NCBI GenBank assembly: GCA_039190745.1
Contig: JBCCXZ010000062.1
Coordinates: 1 to 19,387 of the forward strand
Direction of reading: 5' to 3'
DNA from: Planctomycetota bacterium
GTDB lineage: Bacteria > Planctomycetota > Planctomycetia > Pirellulales > Lacipirellulaceae
DNA length: 19,387 nucleotides
Shown: positions 1-8,719 of the stretch, piece after piece
How the letters are laid out: each line of letters opens with the position of its first letter
Position numbering within the stretch: the stretch's first letter is position 1
Notes under the pieces: generated by a model
Database searches by the model: none
What the model saw: only the letters and a program-made list of their open reading frames with translations
What the model was told of the DNA's origin: nothing
Made by a program: the position numbers and the translations under genes

Positions 1-217
1 ACTCCTCCGCGGAGTCGAGTTTATCTAATGCATAAGCGAATATAGGAAGCCCACCCCCAGGCGGTCTCTCGGCAGGAGCATCACAGACGACGACCTATGC
101 ATCGGCGGCAGCGTTTGCAACTCAGCAATTCGAAGTAGCCAGACCCAGCTGGGGTGAAGACACCAAGCGGCGCCGCACACAAGGTGCGCCACTGCACTAG
201 AAGCCCCAAACAAACGC

Positions 218-245
218 TTGCAAGTCCCGCGACCCTCCATATACT
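218..245 (+). promoter_or_regulatory. Putative sigma70 promoter of comM
   Basis: TTGCAA (218-223), 16-nt spacer, TATACT (240-245), 35 nt upstream of the GTG start; SD-like GGAGGG at 269-274. Confidence 0.55.
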
Positions 246-258
246 GTTCGCCAGTACA
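242..258. promoter_or_regulatory. Putative LexA-type operator overlapping the comM -10 element
   Basis: TGTTC-gcca-GTACA (245-258) is one mismatch from the Verrucomicrobia LexA motif TGTTC-N4-GAACA; there is also a perfect inverted repeat TACTG-N5-CAGTA (242-256). Confidence 0.45.
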
Positions 259-280
259 CCACTCCGGCGGAGGGCCAGCC

Positions 281-1819
281 GTGCTTGCCAAGCTGCAAAC
301 CTACAGCCTCTTGGGCGTCGATGCCCTGCCCGTAGAAGTCGAAGTCGACGTCTCCCCTGCGGCGGCTCCGAAGATCGTGCTCGTCGGCCTCCCCGAGGCC
401 ACGGTCAAAGAGAGCACCCACCGTATCGAGCGGGCTCTAGTCAACAGCGGCTACATCCGGCCCGAAAACCGGGTGGTCATCAACCTCGCTCCTGCCGAGC
501 TACCCAAGCAGGCGGCCTCGTTCGACCTGCCGATCGCTCTCGGGCTGCTCGCCGCCAGCGGCCAACTCGACTCGGCCAGGCTCGGTGCGTACGCGGTCGC
601 CGGCGAGTTGGCCCTCGACGGCGCCACACGACCCACCCGCGGAGCCCTCTCCATGGCCATGGCCGCCGCCCGCGTTCCCGGCGTACGCGGAATCGTGGTC
701 CCGTCGGCCAACGCCGCAGAGGCCGCGGTCGTTGAAGGGGTCGAGGTGATCGCCGTCGACAGCATCACCCAAGCGGCCGCTTTCTTTGCGGAGCAAGTGG
801 AGGTCCCGCCGACCCCCTCCCGACTCGACGAGCTGTTCGCCGCGCTCGGCGGCTACGCCGAAGACTTCGCCGACGTCCGCGGCCAGGAAATGGCCAAACG
901 GGCGATCACCATCGCGGCCGCGGGCGGACACAACCTGCTGATGGTCGGCCCGCCCGGCTCGGGAAAGACGATGCTCGCCAAGCGGGTGCCGTCCGTTCTG
1001 CCCGGCCTCAGCGCCGACGAGTCGATCGAAACCACCCGCGTCTACAGCGTGCTCGGCAAGCTCCCAAGCGGCAAGCCGCTGCTGGCCCGCCGCCCGTTCC
1101 GCGCCCCGCACCACACCATCAGCAACGCCGGCCTCGTCGGCGGCGGCTCGGTCCCCTCCCCCGGAGAGATCAGCCTCGCCCACAACGGCGTGCTCTTCCT
1201 CGACGAGCTGCCCGAGTTCAATCGCCAAACACTCGAGGTGCTCCGCCAGCCCCTGGAAGACGGCTACGTCTCGATCAGCCGCGCTCTGCAGTCTTCCGAT
1301 TTTCCGGCCGACTTCATGCTGATCGCCTCGCTCAACCCCTGCCCCTGCGGCTACCGAAACGACCCTCGGCGGCAGTGCCACTGCAGCGTCCCTCAGATCG
1401 AGCGGTACATGAGCAAGATCAGCGGCCCGCTTCTCGATCGTATCGACCTGCACATCGAAGTCCCGGCGGTCTCGTTCAACGAGCTCTCCGCCGCAGCTTC
1501 GGGCACCGACAGCCGCACCATGCGCGAAACCGTCACCGCCGCCCGCCGCCGCCAGTGCGAACGCTTCCGGGGCAACGGCACGAGGACCAACGCCCAGATG
1601 TCTTCTCGCCGGCTGCGTGAGGTTTGCCCGCTCGACCGGGCGTGCAGCACGCTGCTCGAGCAGAGCGTCGACCACCTCGGCCTCTCCGCCCGGGCACACG
1701 ACAAGGTGCTCCGCGTCGCCCGCACGATCGCCGACCTCGACGACGCCGATATGCTCACCGTCGAGCACATCAGCGAGGCGGTGAACTACCGCATGCTCGA
1801 CCGGCAGTTTTGGAGCTAG
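281..1819 (+). CDS. comM: YifB/ComM family Mg-chelatase-like AAA+ ATPase
   Basis: N-terminus LVGLPEATVKES..INLAPAELPK..FDLPIALG; Walker A GPPGSGKT; Walker B LFLDELPEF; NPCPCG; LSARAHDKVLRVARTIADL. Start moved to GTG at 281 (MLAKLQTYSLLG), downstream of the SD. Confidence 0.95.
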   Translation: MLAKLQTYSLLGVDALPVEVEVDVSPAAAPKIVLVGLPEATVKESTHRIERALVNSGYIRPENRVVINLAPAELPKQAASFDLPIALGLLAASGQLDSARLGAYAVAGELALDGATRPTRGALSMAMAAARVPGVRGIVVPSANAAEAAVVEGVEVIAVDSITQAAAFFAEQVEVPPTPSRLDELFAALGGYAEDFADVRGQEMAKRAITIAAAGGHNLLMVGPPGSGKTMLAKRVPSVLPGLSADESIETTRVYSVLGKLPSGKPLLARRPFRAPHHTISNAGLVGGGSVPSPGEISLAHNGVLFLDELPEFNRQTLEVLRQPLEDGYVSISRALQSSDFPADFMLIASLNPCPCGYRNDPRRQCHCSVPQIERYMSKISGPLLDRIDLHIEVPAVSFNELSAAASGTDSRTMRETVTAARRRQCERFRGNGTRTNAQMSSRRLREVCPLDRACSTLLEQSVDHLGLSARAHDKVLRVARTIADLDDADMLTVEHISEAVNYRMLDRQFWS

Positions 1820-3879
1820 GCCCGCCGCCGAGTTCCGCTCCCCGATTGGGCCCGCCGCGACTTGGCCTTTCCGGACTTGGGCTTACCAGAATGGGGCCTG
1901 CCCGCCGCCTTCGAGGCTTTCGCCTTTTCCTGCGCCTTCTCCGCCTGACCGGTCATCTCGTACAGGAATCGGCTTGGGATGGTTTCCCGTGCCTTGCCCC
2001 ACTTCCGGCGTGAGAGCGAGAACGAGAGCGTCAGCCGCTCTTGGGCGCGCGTCACACCGACGTAGCACAGCCGGCGCTCCTCGTCGATCGCCGCCCCGTC
2101 GGCGTCCACCGCCCGCCGGTGCGGCAGGATGCCCTCCTCCATCCCCACGAGATAAACGTGGCTGAACTCCAGGCCCTTCGCAGAGTGCAGCGTCATTAAA
2201 GCCACCGCGTTCTGCTCGAGCCGGCCCTCTTTGTCTTCGCTGCTGTCGCGGGCTCCGACGGCAATGTCATCCAAGAATCCTTCGAGCGTTGGCTCTTCCG
2301 AACCATCGGCGTAAGTCCCGGCGGCGTTCACGACCTCTTCGATCGAGGCCAGCCGGGCCTCACGGTCGCTCGGGTCTGGGTACACCCGTTCGATCTCGTC
2401 GCGGTAACGGGTTTGTTTTAGGCACTCGGTAACCAGCGTGGGGAGGTCGGCGGCCGCAGCAGTGCTCTGCAACGCCGCCACCAACGCAGACAGACTGCTC
2501 AGCCCATTTGCCGCGGCAGGGCTGAGCCCGTTCGCTGCCGCTGGGTCGTTCACCACCGACCACACTGGCTTGCCCCGCTCGACCGCCGCGGCCATCAGCT
2601 TCTTCACCGCCGCCGGCCCCAGTCCGCGCGGCGGCGTGTTGATCACCCGCAGCAGCGACGGCTCGTCGTTCGGGTTCGAAATCACGCGGAGGTACGCGAT
2701 CAGGTCCTTTACTTCTTTGCGGTCGAAAAAGCTCATCCCGCCCATCAGCACGTAGGGGATATTCGCCCGCCGCAGCTCCGCCTCGAACGTGCGCGGCTGC
2801 TCGTTGGTCCGGCACAGGATCGCGAAGTCGCCGGCCCGCAGCCCCGGCGTCGAAAGCATGTGCCCCAGGTCGGCGACCACCTGCTGGGCCTCGGCCGCCT
2901 CGTCCTGCGCCTGCAGCACGCGCGGCCGCTCGCCGCCGGGCCTTGCCGGGCGGAGCACCTTGTCGTGCCGCACTTTGTTGAAGCCGATCAGGGTGTTCGC
3001 GAAGCCCAGGATCGCCGCGGTCGACCGGTAGTTTTCTTCCAGCAGAACGACCTTCGCCTCGGGCCAGTCTTTGCTGAACCGCAGGATGTGCTCCACCTCG
3101 GCGCCCCGCCAGGCGTAGATCGACTGGTCGTCATCCCCCACCACGCACAAGTTGCGGTGGCCGGCGGCCAACCCCTTCACAATCTGGTACTGGCTTTGGT
3201 TCGTGTCCTGGTACTCGTCGATCATGATGTAGTCGAACTGCGAGGCCTCCTGCTTCCGCACCTCCGGCGACTCGGCGAACAACTGCTGAGTGAGCAGCAG
3301 CAGATCGTCGAAGTCGACCGCCCCCTTCGCCTTGAGTCCCGTCGCGTAGCGGCGGTAGGCGGCCGCCGCAAGGTGTTCCCGGTCCGACTCGGCAACGGCC
3401 GCGGCGTCGCTGGGCGTGAGCGAGCGGTTCTTCCAGCCGCTCACGATCGCGAGCATGTCGCCCGGGCGCAGCGACTCGGCGGGGCATCGGATCGCCCGCA
3501 GAGCCGCCCGAGCCTCCGCTTCCTGGTCGCCCCGGTCACAGATCACAAAACGTTCGGGGTACCCGAGCCTCGTGATGTGCCGGCGGAGCATCCGCACACA
3601 CAGCGAGTGGAACGTCGAGATAAACGGCCGTTCTTTCGCAGCGGATTTCTTCTTGCGGGCCTTGAGCAACGCCCCCGCACGCTGCTGCATTTCGGCGGCG
3701 GCCTTACGGGTGAAGGTGACCGCCAGGATACGCCCGGGGGGGACGCCGCCGCGGATCAGGTGGGCGATCCGGTGGGTGACGACACGGGTCTTGCCGGTCC
3801 CGGCCCCGGCCAGCACCAGCAGCGGCCCTTCGAGCGTGCGGACTGCGTCTGCCTGGGGTGGATTGAGTCCGTTTGCCAT
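1816..3879 (-). CDS. uvrD: Superfamily 1A ATP-dependent DNA helicase (UvrD/Rep/PcrA family)
   Basis: LNPPQ Q-motif, AGAGTGKT, DEYQD, VGDDDQSIYAWRGA, LEENYRS, TLHSAKGLEF, EERRLCYVGVTRA. Start moved to ATG at 3879 (MANGLNPPQ); exact orthology (uvrD, pcrA or rep) is uncertain. Confidence 0.93.
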   Translation of the reverse strand: MANGLNPPQADAVRTLEGPLLVLAGAGTGKTRVVTHRIAHLIRGGVPPGRILAVTFTRKAAAEMQQRAGALLKARKKKSAAKERPFISTFHSLCVRMLRRHITRLGYPERFVICDRGDQEAEARAALRAIRCPAESLRPGDMLAIVSGWKNRSLTPSDAAAVAESDREHLAAAAYRRYATGLKAKGAVDFDDLLLLTQQLFAESPEVRKQEASQFDYIMIDEYQDTNQSQYQIVKGLAAGHRNLCVVGDDDQSIYAWRGAEVEHILRFSKDWPEAKVVLLEENYRSTAAILGFANTLIGFNKVRHDKVLRPARPGGERPRVLQAQDEAAEAQQVVADLGHMLSTPGLRAGDFAILCRTNEQPRTFEAELRRANIPYVLMGGMSFFDRKEVKDLIAYLRVISNPNDEPSLLRVINTPPRGLGPAAVKKLMAAAVERGKPVWSVVNDPAAANGLSPAAANGLSSLSALVAALQSTAAAADLPTLVTECLKQTRYRDEIERVYPDPSDREARLASIEEVVNAAGTYADGSEEPTLEGFLDDIAVGARDSSEDKEGRLEQNAVALMTLHSAKGLEFSHVYLVGMEEGILPHRRAVDADGAAIDEERRLCYVGVTRAQERLTLSFSLSRRKWGKARETIPSRFLYEMTGQAEKAQEKAKASKAAGRPHSGKPKSGKAKSRRAQSGSGTRRRA

Positions 3880-3964
3880 CGTCGGCGGGTCCGGGGGGGC
3901 GTGCACCAAAGCCCGTGATCCTACGCCCGCTTGCGGTGCGAGAACACCCGCCCCCACGACAAGG

Positions 3965-3994
3965 TTGACGCCTAACCGCCGCGATCCGTAGACT
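3965..3994 (+). promoter_or_regulatory. Putative sigma70 promoter for the 4035 gene and the RluD-like gene
   Basis: TTGACG (3965-3970), 18-nt spacer, TAGACT (3989-3994) in the divergent intergenic region; purine-rich GAGGGAG before ATG 4035. Confidence 0.5.
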
Positions 3995-4034
3995 CCAGGC
4001 TTGTCCACTGCTTGGCGAGGGAGCGTAACCAACG

Positions 4035-4940
4035 ATGAAGAGCGAACACCGGCACGAGCTCGAGACGAATGAACTGGCCCATTGGCTTGAGGTGACGATC
4101 GAGCGTGCCAAACCGTACACGGGCTACATCCTGGCCGGCATCGCCGCGGCGGTGATCGCGGTATTGGCAACATCCTTCGCGGGCGGCCGCTCCGCGGAGA
4201 AAGAGGAGCAGGCCTGGGAGGCCTTCGCCCTGGCAAGCTACTCCCGCGAGCTCGACCTCGCGAGCCTGCAGGAAGTCGCGGTCAGCGACGACTACGCTGG
4301 CTCGGACGTGCAAGAGTGGGCCTACCTCACCTGGGCCGACCGGCAGGTGCAGCTCGGCGCTCAGTCGTACCTCGACAACCGCGAACGCGCTACTGAGTTG
4401 CTGAAACTCTCCGTAAGCGCCTACGAATCGGTCGCCAGCCTCTCCAAAGACCAACAGCTCGTCGACCGGGCCCGGCTCGGCCTCGCGCGGGTCTACGAGA
4501 TGCAGAACCAACCGGACCGGGCCAGGCAGGAGTACGAGCTCGTGCAGGGCGACTTTACCGACGTCGCCGCGGCCGCCCTCCGCCGTCTTGAGGACAGCGC
4601 CGCCGAGGAGGACTTGGCCTGGCTGGCCACGTCGGCCCTTCCGCGGCCCCCCGTTTCGGAATCGGGCGTCCTAGGTTCCGATCCAACCTTCGGCGTCGAC
4701 ATTCCCGGCGTCTCGGAAGAACAACAAGCGGAGCAGAAGTCGCTAGAGCAGATCCTGGGCGGGTTCCTACCCAACGGCGCGGCGAACCGTTACGGCGAGG
4801 AAGACGCCGCCGTGGAAGAAGGCGAAGCCGCGGAAGCCGAAGCGGAAGAAGGCTCCGAAGAGGGCCCGGCCGAAACGGATGCGGCGGACGCCGCGGAAGA
4901 GGCCGCTTCGGACGAGGCATCCGAAACGGCCGAGCCGTGA
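4035..4940 (+). CDS. Membrane-anchored helical/TPR-like protein (YfgM-like) with acidic C-terminal tail
   Basis: MKSEHRHELETNELA N-terminus, a single TM segment YILAGIAAAVIAVLA, TPR-like ARLGLARVYEMQNQPDRARQEYE, and an E/A-rich tail; codon usage is typical for the window. Confidence 0.75.
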   Translation: MKSEHRHELETNELAHWLEVTIERAKPYTGYILAGIAAAVIAVLATSFAGGRSAEKEEQAWEAFALASYSRELDLASLQEVAVSDDYAGSDVQEWAYLTWADRQVQLGAQSYLDNRERATELLKLSVSAYESVASLSKDQQLVDRARLGLARVYEMQNQPDRARQEYELVQGDFTDVAAAALRRLEDSAAEEDLAWLATSALPRPPVSESGVLGSDPTFGVDIPGVSEEQQAEQKSLEQILGGFLPNGAANRYGEEDAAVEEGEAAEAEAEEGSEEGPAETDAADAAEEAASDEASETAEP

Positions 4941-4969
4941 TCTACTCGCGGCCCAACAGTGAGCAGTAG

Positions 4970-6001
4970 ATGGGGACCGGCAACTCCCCGACAGAGGCCG
5001 ATTCGCACGGGCCCGAGCCGCTTCGTGTCGTCGTAGAGCCGCACGAAGCGGGGCAGCGTCTCGACGTGTTCCTGCACAGTCGCTTGCTTGAGACTAGCCG
5101 CTCGCGGATCCGCGCGGCGATCGGCAACGGCAACGCATCAGTCGACGGCCAACCGGCCAAGCCCTCCGCCAAGCTGAAGGCGGGCCAGCGGGTCGAGTTC
5201 ACCCCCGCCGAACCGCCCGCCGAAGGGCCCGAGCCGGAAGCGATCGAGCTCGACATCCTCTACGAAGACGAGGCCATTGCGGTCGTCAACAAACCGGCGG
5301 CGATGGTGGTCCACCCGGCCAAGGGCCACTGGTCAGGCACGCTCGCCAGCGCGTTGGTCCACCGATTCGGCAGCCTCAGCCAGCACGGCGGCCCCACCCG
5401 CCCCGGCATCGTCCACCGCCTCGACCGCGACACCACCGGCGTGATCGTCGTCGCCCGCAACGATGCGGCCCACGCGAATCTGGCCGCGCAGTTCGAGGCC
5501 CGCACCGTCGCCAAGCAGTACCTGGCGATCGTGGTCGGCCAGCCCGACCGCGACCGCGATATTGTCGACCACCCCATCGGCGCCCACCCCTCGCAGCGGG
5601 AGAAGATGGCGCTGCGGGCCGGTCACTCCACCAGCCGCGAGGCGCTCACCGAGTACGCGGTCGACGAGCGGCTCGGGCCGGTCGCGCTCGTGCGGGCCTT
5701 CCCTAAGACGGGCCGCACGCACCAGATCAGGCTGCACCTCCTGCACGCCGGCTACCCGATCCTGTGCGACAAGCTCTACAGCGGCAGGGCGTCGCTGCGA
5801 GAGAACGAAGCACAAGCGTGGCTCGACAAACGTCAGCCCAAAACCACGACAGAAAGTCGCGTCCTGCTGGATCGCCAAGCGCTGCACGCCCTCGCGCTGG
5901 AGATCGACCACCCGCAAACAGGCGAGCGGCTCAAGTTCACCGCTCCACTGCCCGCCGACATGCAGGGGGCTCTCAACTTCTTCCGAGGAGCAAGCGGCTA
6001 G
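4970..6001 (+). CDS. rluD: RluA-family 23S rRNA pseudouridine synthase (RluD-like, with S4 domain)
   Basis: S4 domain [26 protein letters not shown]; catalytic [30 protein letters not shown]. Confidence 0.93.
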   Translation: MGTGNSPTEADSHGPEPLRVVVEPHEAGQRLDVFLHSRLLETSRSRIRAAIGNGNASVDGQPAKPSAKLKAGQRVEFTPAEPPAEGPEPEAIELDILYEDEAIAVVNKPAAMVVHPAKGHWSGTLASALVHRFGSLSQHGGPTRPGIVHRLDRDTTGVIVVARNDAAHANLAAQFEARTVAKQYLAIVVGQPDRDRDIVDHPIGAHPSQREKMALRAGHSTSREALTEYAVDERLGPVALVRAFPKTGRTHQIRLHLLHAGYPILCDKLYSGRASLRENEAQAWLDKRQPKTTTESRVLLDRQALHALALEIDHPQTGERLKFTAPLPADMQGALNFFRGASG

Positions 6002-6735
6002 CCGCCCGGGAACAACTGCCCCATCAGGTCCGACGTGCCGAAGGGTCGCGGGTTGGTCAGGAGTTCGCCGGCCCCGTAGCCGGCCGTGTGCCCCAGGTGC
6101 TTGGCGAGCGACTCGACCCGGTCGTAGATGTACTCCTTCTCCGGCGGGAACTGCGTTTGGTAGCAGCGGATCGAAGCGAGCTTCTTCTCGAGCGACTCCG
6201 AGATGTCCACCACGATCTGCCCCGGCTCGGTGGCGGGGGCGGCGGGGTTGAACCCCAGGCTGAAGTGCAAGAGCGCGTCGACGCGGTGCGGCTCCGTGCC
6301 GCCGAAGTGTTCGTCCCACTTGGTCAGCCGCGAGTAGAACACCGCCGCGTCGACGATCTGCATCGCCTGCCAATGGTCGGGCGACGCGGTGGGCGTCCGC
6401 CCGGCGAGGCCGATCACCAGCCTTGGCCGGCGGGTGCGGAAGACCTTCGCCAGCTCGACGCGCGCCTCGAACGAATCAAACAAACGCCGGTTGGGCAGCT
6501 CCAGGGTGACCCGTTCGGTCGCCCCGAGGACCTCCGCAGCCGCGGCTGCTTCCGCTAACCGGACTTCGGGCCCGGGAGAGGCCGGCGTCGGTTCGCCGTC
6601 GGTCAGATCGACGATCCCCACGCGGTAGCCCTGCCGGACGAGCTCGGCGACCGTCCCGCCGCAACCTATCTCGACGTCGTCGGGGTGGGCGCCGACGGCG
6701 ATCACATCCAGCGGTTGGTCTTGCTGCTCTCCCAA
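5998..6735 (-). CDS. PIG-L/LmbE family deacetylase (BshB1-like)
   Basis: [60 protein letters not shown]. Start is uncertain: TTG at 6735 just after the aldolase stop, or GTG at 6768. Confidence 0.88.
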   Translation of the reverse strand: MGEQQDQPLDVIAVGAHPDDVEIGCGGTVAELVRQGYRVGIVDLTDGEPTPASPGPEVRLAEAAAAAEVLGATERVTLELPNRRLFDSFEARVELAKVFRTRRPRLVIGLAGRTPTASPDHWQAMQIVDAAVFYSRLTKWDEHFGGTEPHRVDALLHFSLGFNPAAPATEPGQIVVDISESLEKKLASIRCYQTQFPPEKEYIYDRVESLAKHLGHTAGYGAGELLTNPRPFGTSDLMGQLFPGG

Positions 6736-6739
6736 GTCA

Positions 6740-7492
6740 TCAGCCCTTCTTGGTCCGGGGGAACGCACGGGGCACGACTCCGGCCGCTTCCAGCTCGGAT
6801 TGGAACACGGCGTTGCCCGCCAGGTCGTCGACCCCGTCGGTGAGCCGCGCGTCGCTCATGCCCCAGGCCGCCTTGGCATCGATCAACTCCGCGACCTTCT
6901 CGTCCGGCAACCGTTGCACCCCGCCGAGCTGCTTGGCGAGGATCAGCACCCGGCAGTAGGAATCGAGCACGTCGGTCCACCAGAAGGCCCGCTCAACAGA
7001 GTCGTCGTAGCTCACCGTGCCGTGGCTGGCGAGCACAATCGTGTTGGTCTTTTCGACAAACGGCAGAACGCTGTCGGCGAACGCCGCAGTGCCGGGGGTC
7101 TCGTACTTCGTGAACCCCACGTTGCCGAGGAAGAACTCCGCCTCCGGGTGAATGCCCTGCGGGATCGGCTCGCCGGCGATGGCGAACGCCGTCGCGTGCG
7201 GCGGGTGGCAGTGCACGACGCTCCGCACGTCGTCGCGAGAACGATAAACGCTCAGGTGCAGCAGGATTTCGCTCGTGCGCTTCCGCTGGCCGCGGAGTTG
7301 GTTGCCCTCCAGGTCGACCACGCACAGGTCCTCGGGCTTCATGAAGCCCTTCGAGATGAGCGTCGGCGTGCAAAGCACCTCGTTCTCGCCGATGCGGCAG
7401 CTGATGTTGCCGTCGTTCGCCGCGGCGTACCCGCGGTTATACAGCCGGGCCCCGATCTCGCAGATCTCTTCCCGCAACTGCTGGTCGTTCAT
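6740..7492 (-). CDS. Class II aldolase/adducin family protein (fuculose/rhamnulose-1-phosphate aldolase-like)
   Basis: [39 protein letters not shown] metal-binding motifs; SD GGAG upstream. Confidence 0.9.
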   Translation of the reverse strand: MNDQQLREEICEIGARLYNRGYAAANDGNISCRIGENEVLCTPTLISKGFMKPEDLCVVDLEGNQLRGQRKRTSEILLHLSVYRSRDDVRSVVHCHPPHATAFAIAGEPIPQGIHPEAEFFLGNVGFTKYETPGTAAFADSVLPFVEKTNTIVLASHGTVSYDDSVERAFWWTDVLDSYCRVLILAKQLGGVQRLPDEKVAELIDAKAAWGMSDARLTDGVDDLAGNAVFQSELEAAGVVPRAFPRTKKG

Positions 7493-7961
7493 CGGTCTGC
7501 TCCCCAGACGGCGTCTCTTGCCGAGGCGGAAACCACTTGCTGAGCCCCCAGAGCAACCCGCCGGCCGCCGTCAGGGGCAACAGCGGGACGTTGACCGTGG
7601 TGACGACGCTGAACAGAAGTCGTTGTGCGACGAACCCTCGGACATGGGTCGGAGCAGCGCTCCACCACTGTGCCGCGTCTACTGCCGCCCAAACCGCCAA
7701 CGCCGTGCCCGCCAGCAGGAACGCCAGCTTGCCCACGAACGTCGCGCGCCCCGTGGAGAGATTCTGCCAAGCCACCACGACTCCGGGTACGCCGAGTAGG
7801 AACTAGAACCCGTGGTAGCCAACTAGTGCTTCCCCCGACGGCCCACACCCCCAAGGACCGCACACCGAGTGCCCGAAACCAGTGTGCAGGTAGTGCATCT
7901 GCAACACTCCGTAGAGCGAGGCCCCCCAAGCGACGAGCAGCAAGAACCACCGGAAAGTCAT
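7437..7961 (-). pseudogene. Multi-TM membrane protein with a CGPWGCGP motif, interrupted by an in-frame TAG at 7803-7805
   Basis: ORFs 7803..8102 and 7437..7778 share one frame; continuous translation reads MTFRWFLLLVAWG..HSVCGPWGCGPSGEALVGYHGF*FLLGVPGVVVAWQ.. with hydrophobic helices on both sides of the stop. Confidence 0.6.
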
Positions 7962-8017
7962 GGCAACCTGGGCGTTGGATTCGGTCGGTTCGCGGAGGAC
8001 CCATGGGCGACGCCTGC

Positions 8018-8719
8018 CTACGTTATGCCCGCGCGGGGGTTTCCGTCGGTGAGGTCGCCCACAGAGCGTGAGCCCCGCTTCGCCTTCACTAGCCGAACAC
8101 ACCTGCCCTCAAGCTGCAACCGGCCGTCGGCCAGCAGCCCCAGCACGTGGGGGTACGCGTCGAGCTCGGTCTCGAACACGCGGTCGGCGAGCGTCTCGGC
8201 CGTGTCGTCGTCGAACACCGGCACCGGCTGCTGCCAGATGATCGGGCCGCGGTCGTACTCGTTGTCGACGAAGTGCACGGTGCAACCGGTTACCTTCACG
8301 CCGTGGTCGAGCACCGCCTGGTGCACCCGACCGCCGTACATCCCGCGTCCGCCGAACGCCGGCAGCAGCGACGGGTGGATGTTCAGCACGCGACCTTCAA
8401 AGTCCTCCGGCACCGGCGCCAGTTTCAGGAACCCCGCCATCGCGACGTAGTCGACGCCCGCGTCGCGGCACGCGGCGAACACGGCATTCCCGTACGCCTG
8501 ATCAGACTCAAAACCAGTGCGTTCGATCACGTTCGTCGCAATGCCCGCCTTGGTCGCGTGCTGCAGACCACCCGCCTTGGGCGTGCTGGAGACGACCAGC
8601 GCTACCTCGATCGGCAGCCCCCCCTCCTCGGCGAGGTCGATGAGGTTCTTCAACGTCCGGCCCGACCCGGAAATCAGCACAGCGATTCGCAGCGTGTTAG
8701 CGGAGCGGTCTCGGCTCAT
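8018..8719 (-). CDS. purN: Phosphoribosylglycinamide formyltransferase
   Basis: [50 protein letters not shown] overlap with the ileS stop. Confidence 0.96.
   Translation of the reverse strand: MSRDRSANTLRIAVLISGSGRTLKNLIDLAEEGGLPIEVALVVSSTPKAGGLQHATKAGIATNVIERTGFESDQAYGNAVFAACRDAGVDYVAMAGFLKLAPVPEDFEGRVLNIHPSLLPAFGGRGMYGGRVHQAVLDHGVKVTGCTVHFVDNEYDRGPIIWQQPVPVFDDDTAETLADRVFETELDAYPHVLGLLADGRLQLEGRCVRLVKAKRGSRSVGDLTDGNPRAGIT

Noticed and set aside
1..217. Short ORFs (25..291 minus, 154..735 plus) and an ACTCC/GGAGT hairpin at 1-15
   Set aside because: No recognisable motifs; they overlap the comM promoter or CDS; the hairpin is cut by the window edge and cannot be interpreted
218..280. N-terminal extension of comM from TTG 218
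   Set aside because: It overlaps the predicted promoter; the family-typical start and SD are at GTG 281
3880..4236. 119-aa N-terminal extension of the helicase ORF
   Set aside because: It overlaps the divergent gene at 4035 and has an R/P-rich non-coding character; family homology begins at MANGLNPPQ
7803..7805. Genome-wide TAG recoding or pyrrolysine use
   Set aside because: TAG terminates comM, the helicase, rluD, the deacetylase, the YhaN-like gene and folE at family-appropriate positions; no pyl genes in the window
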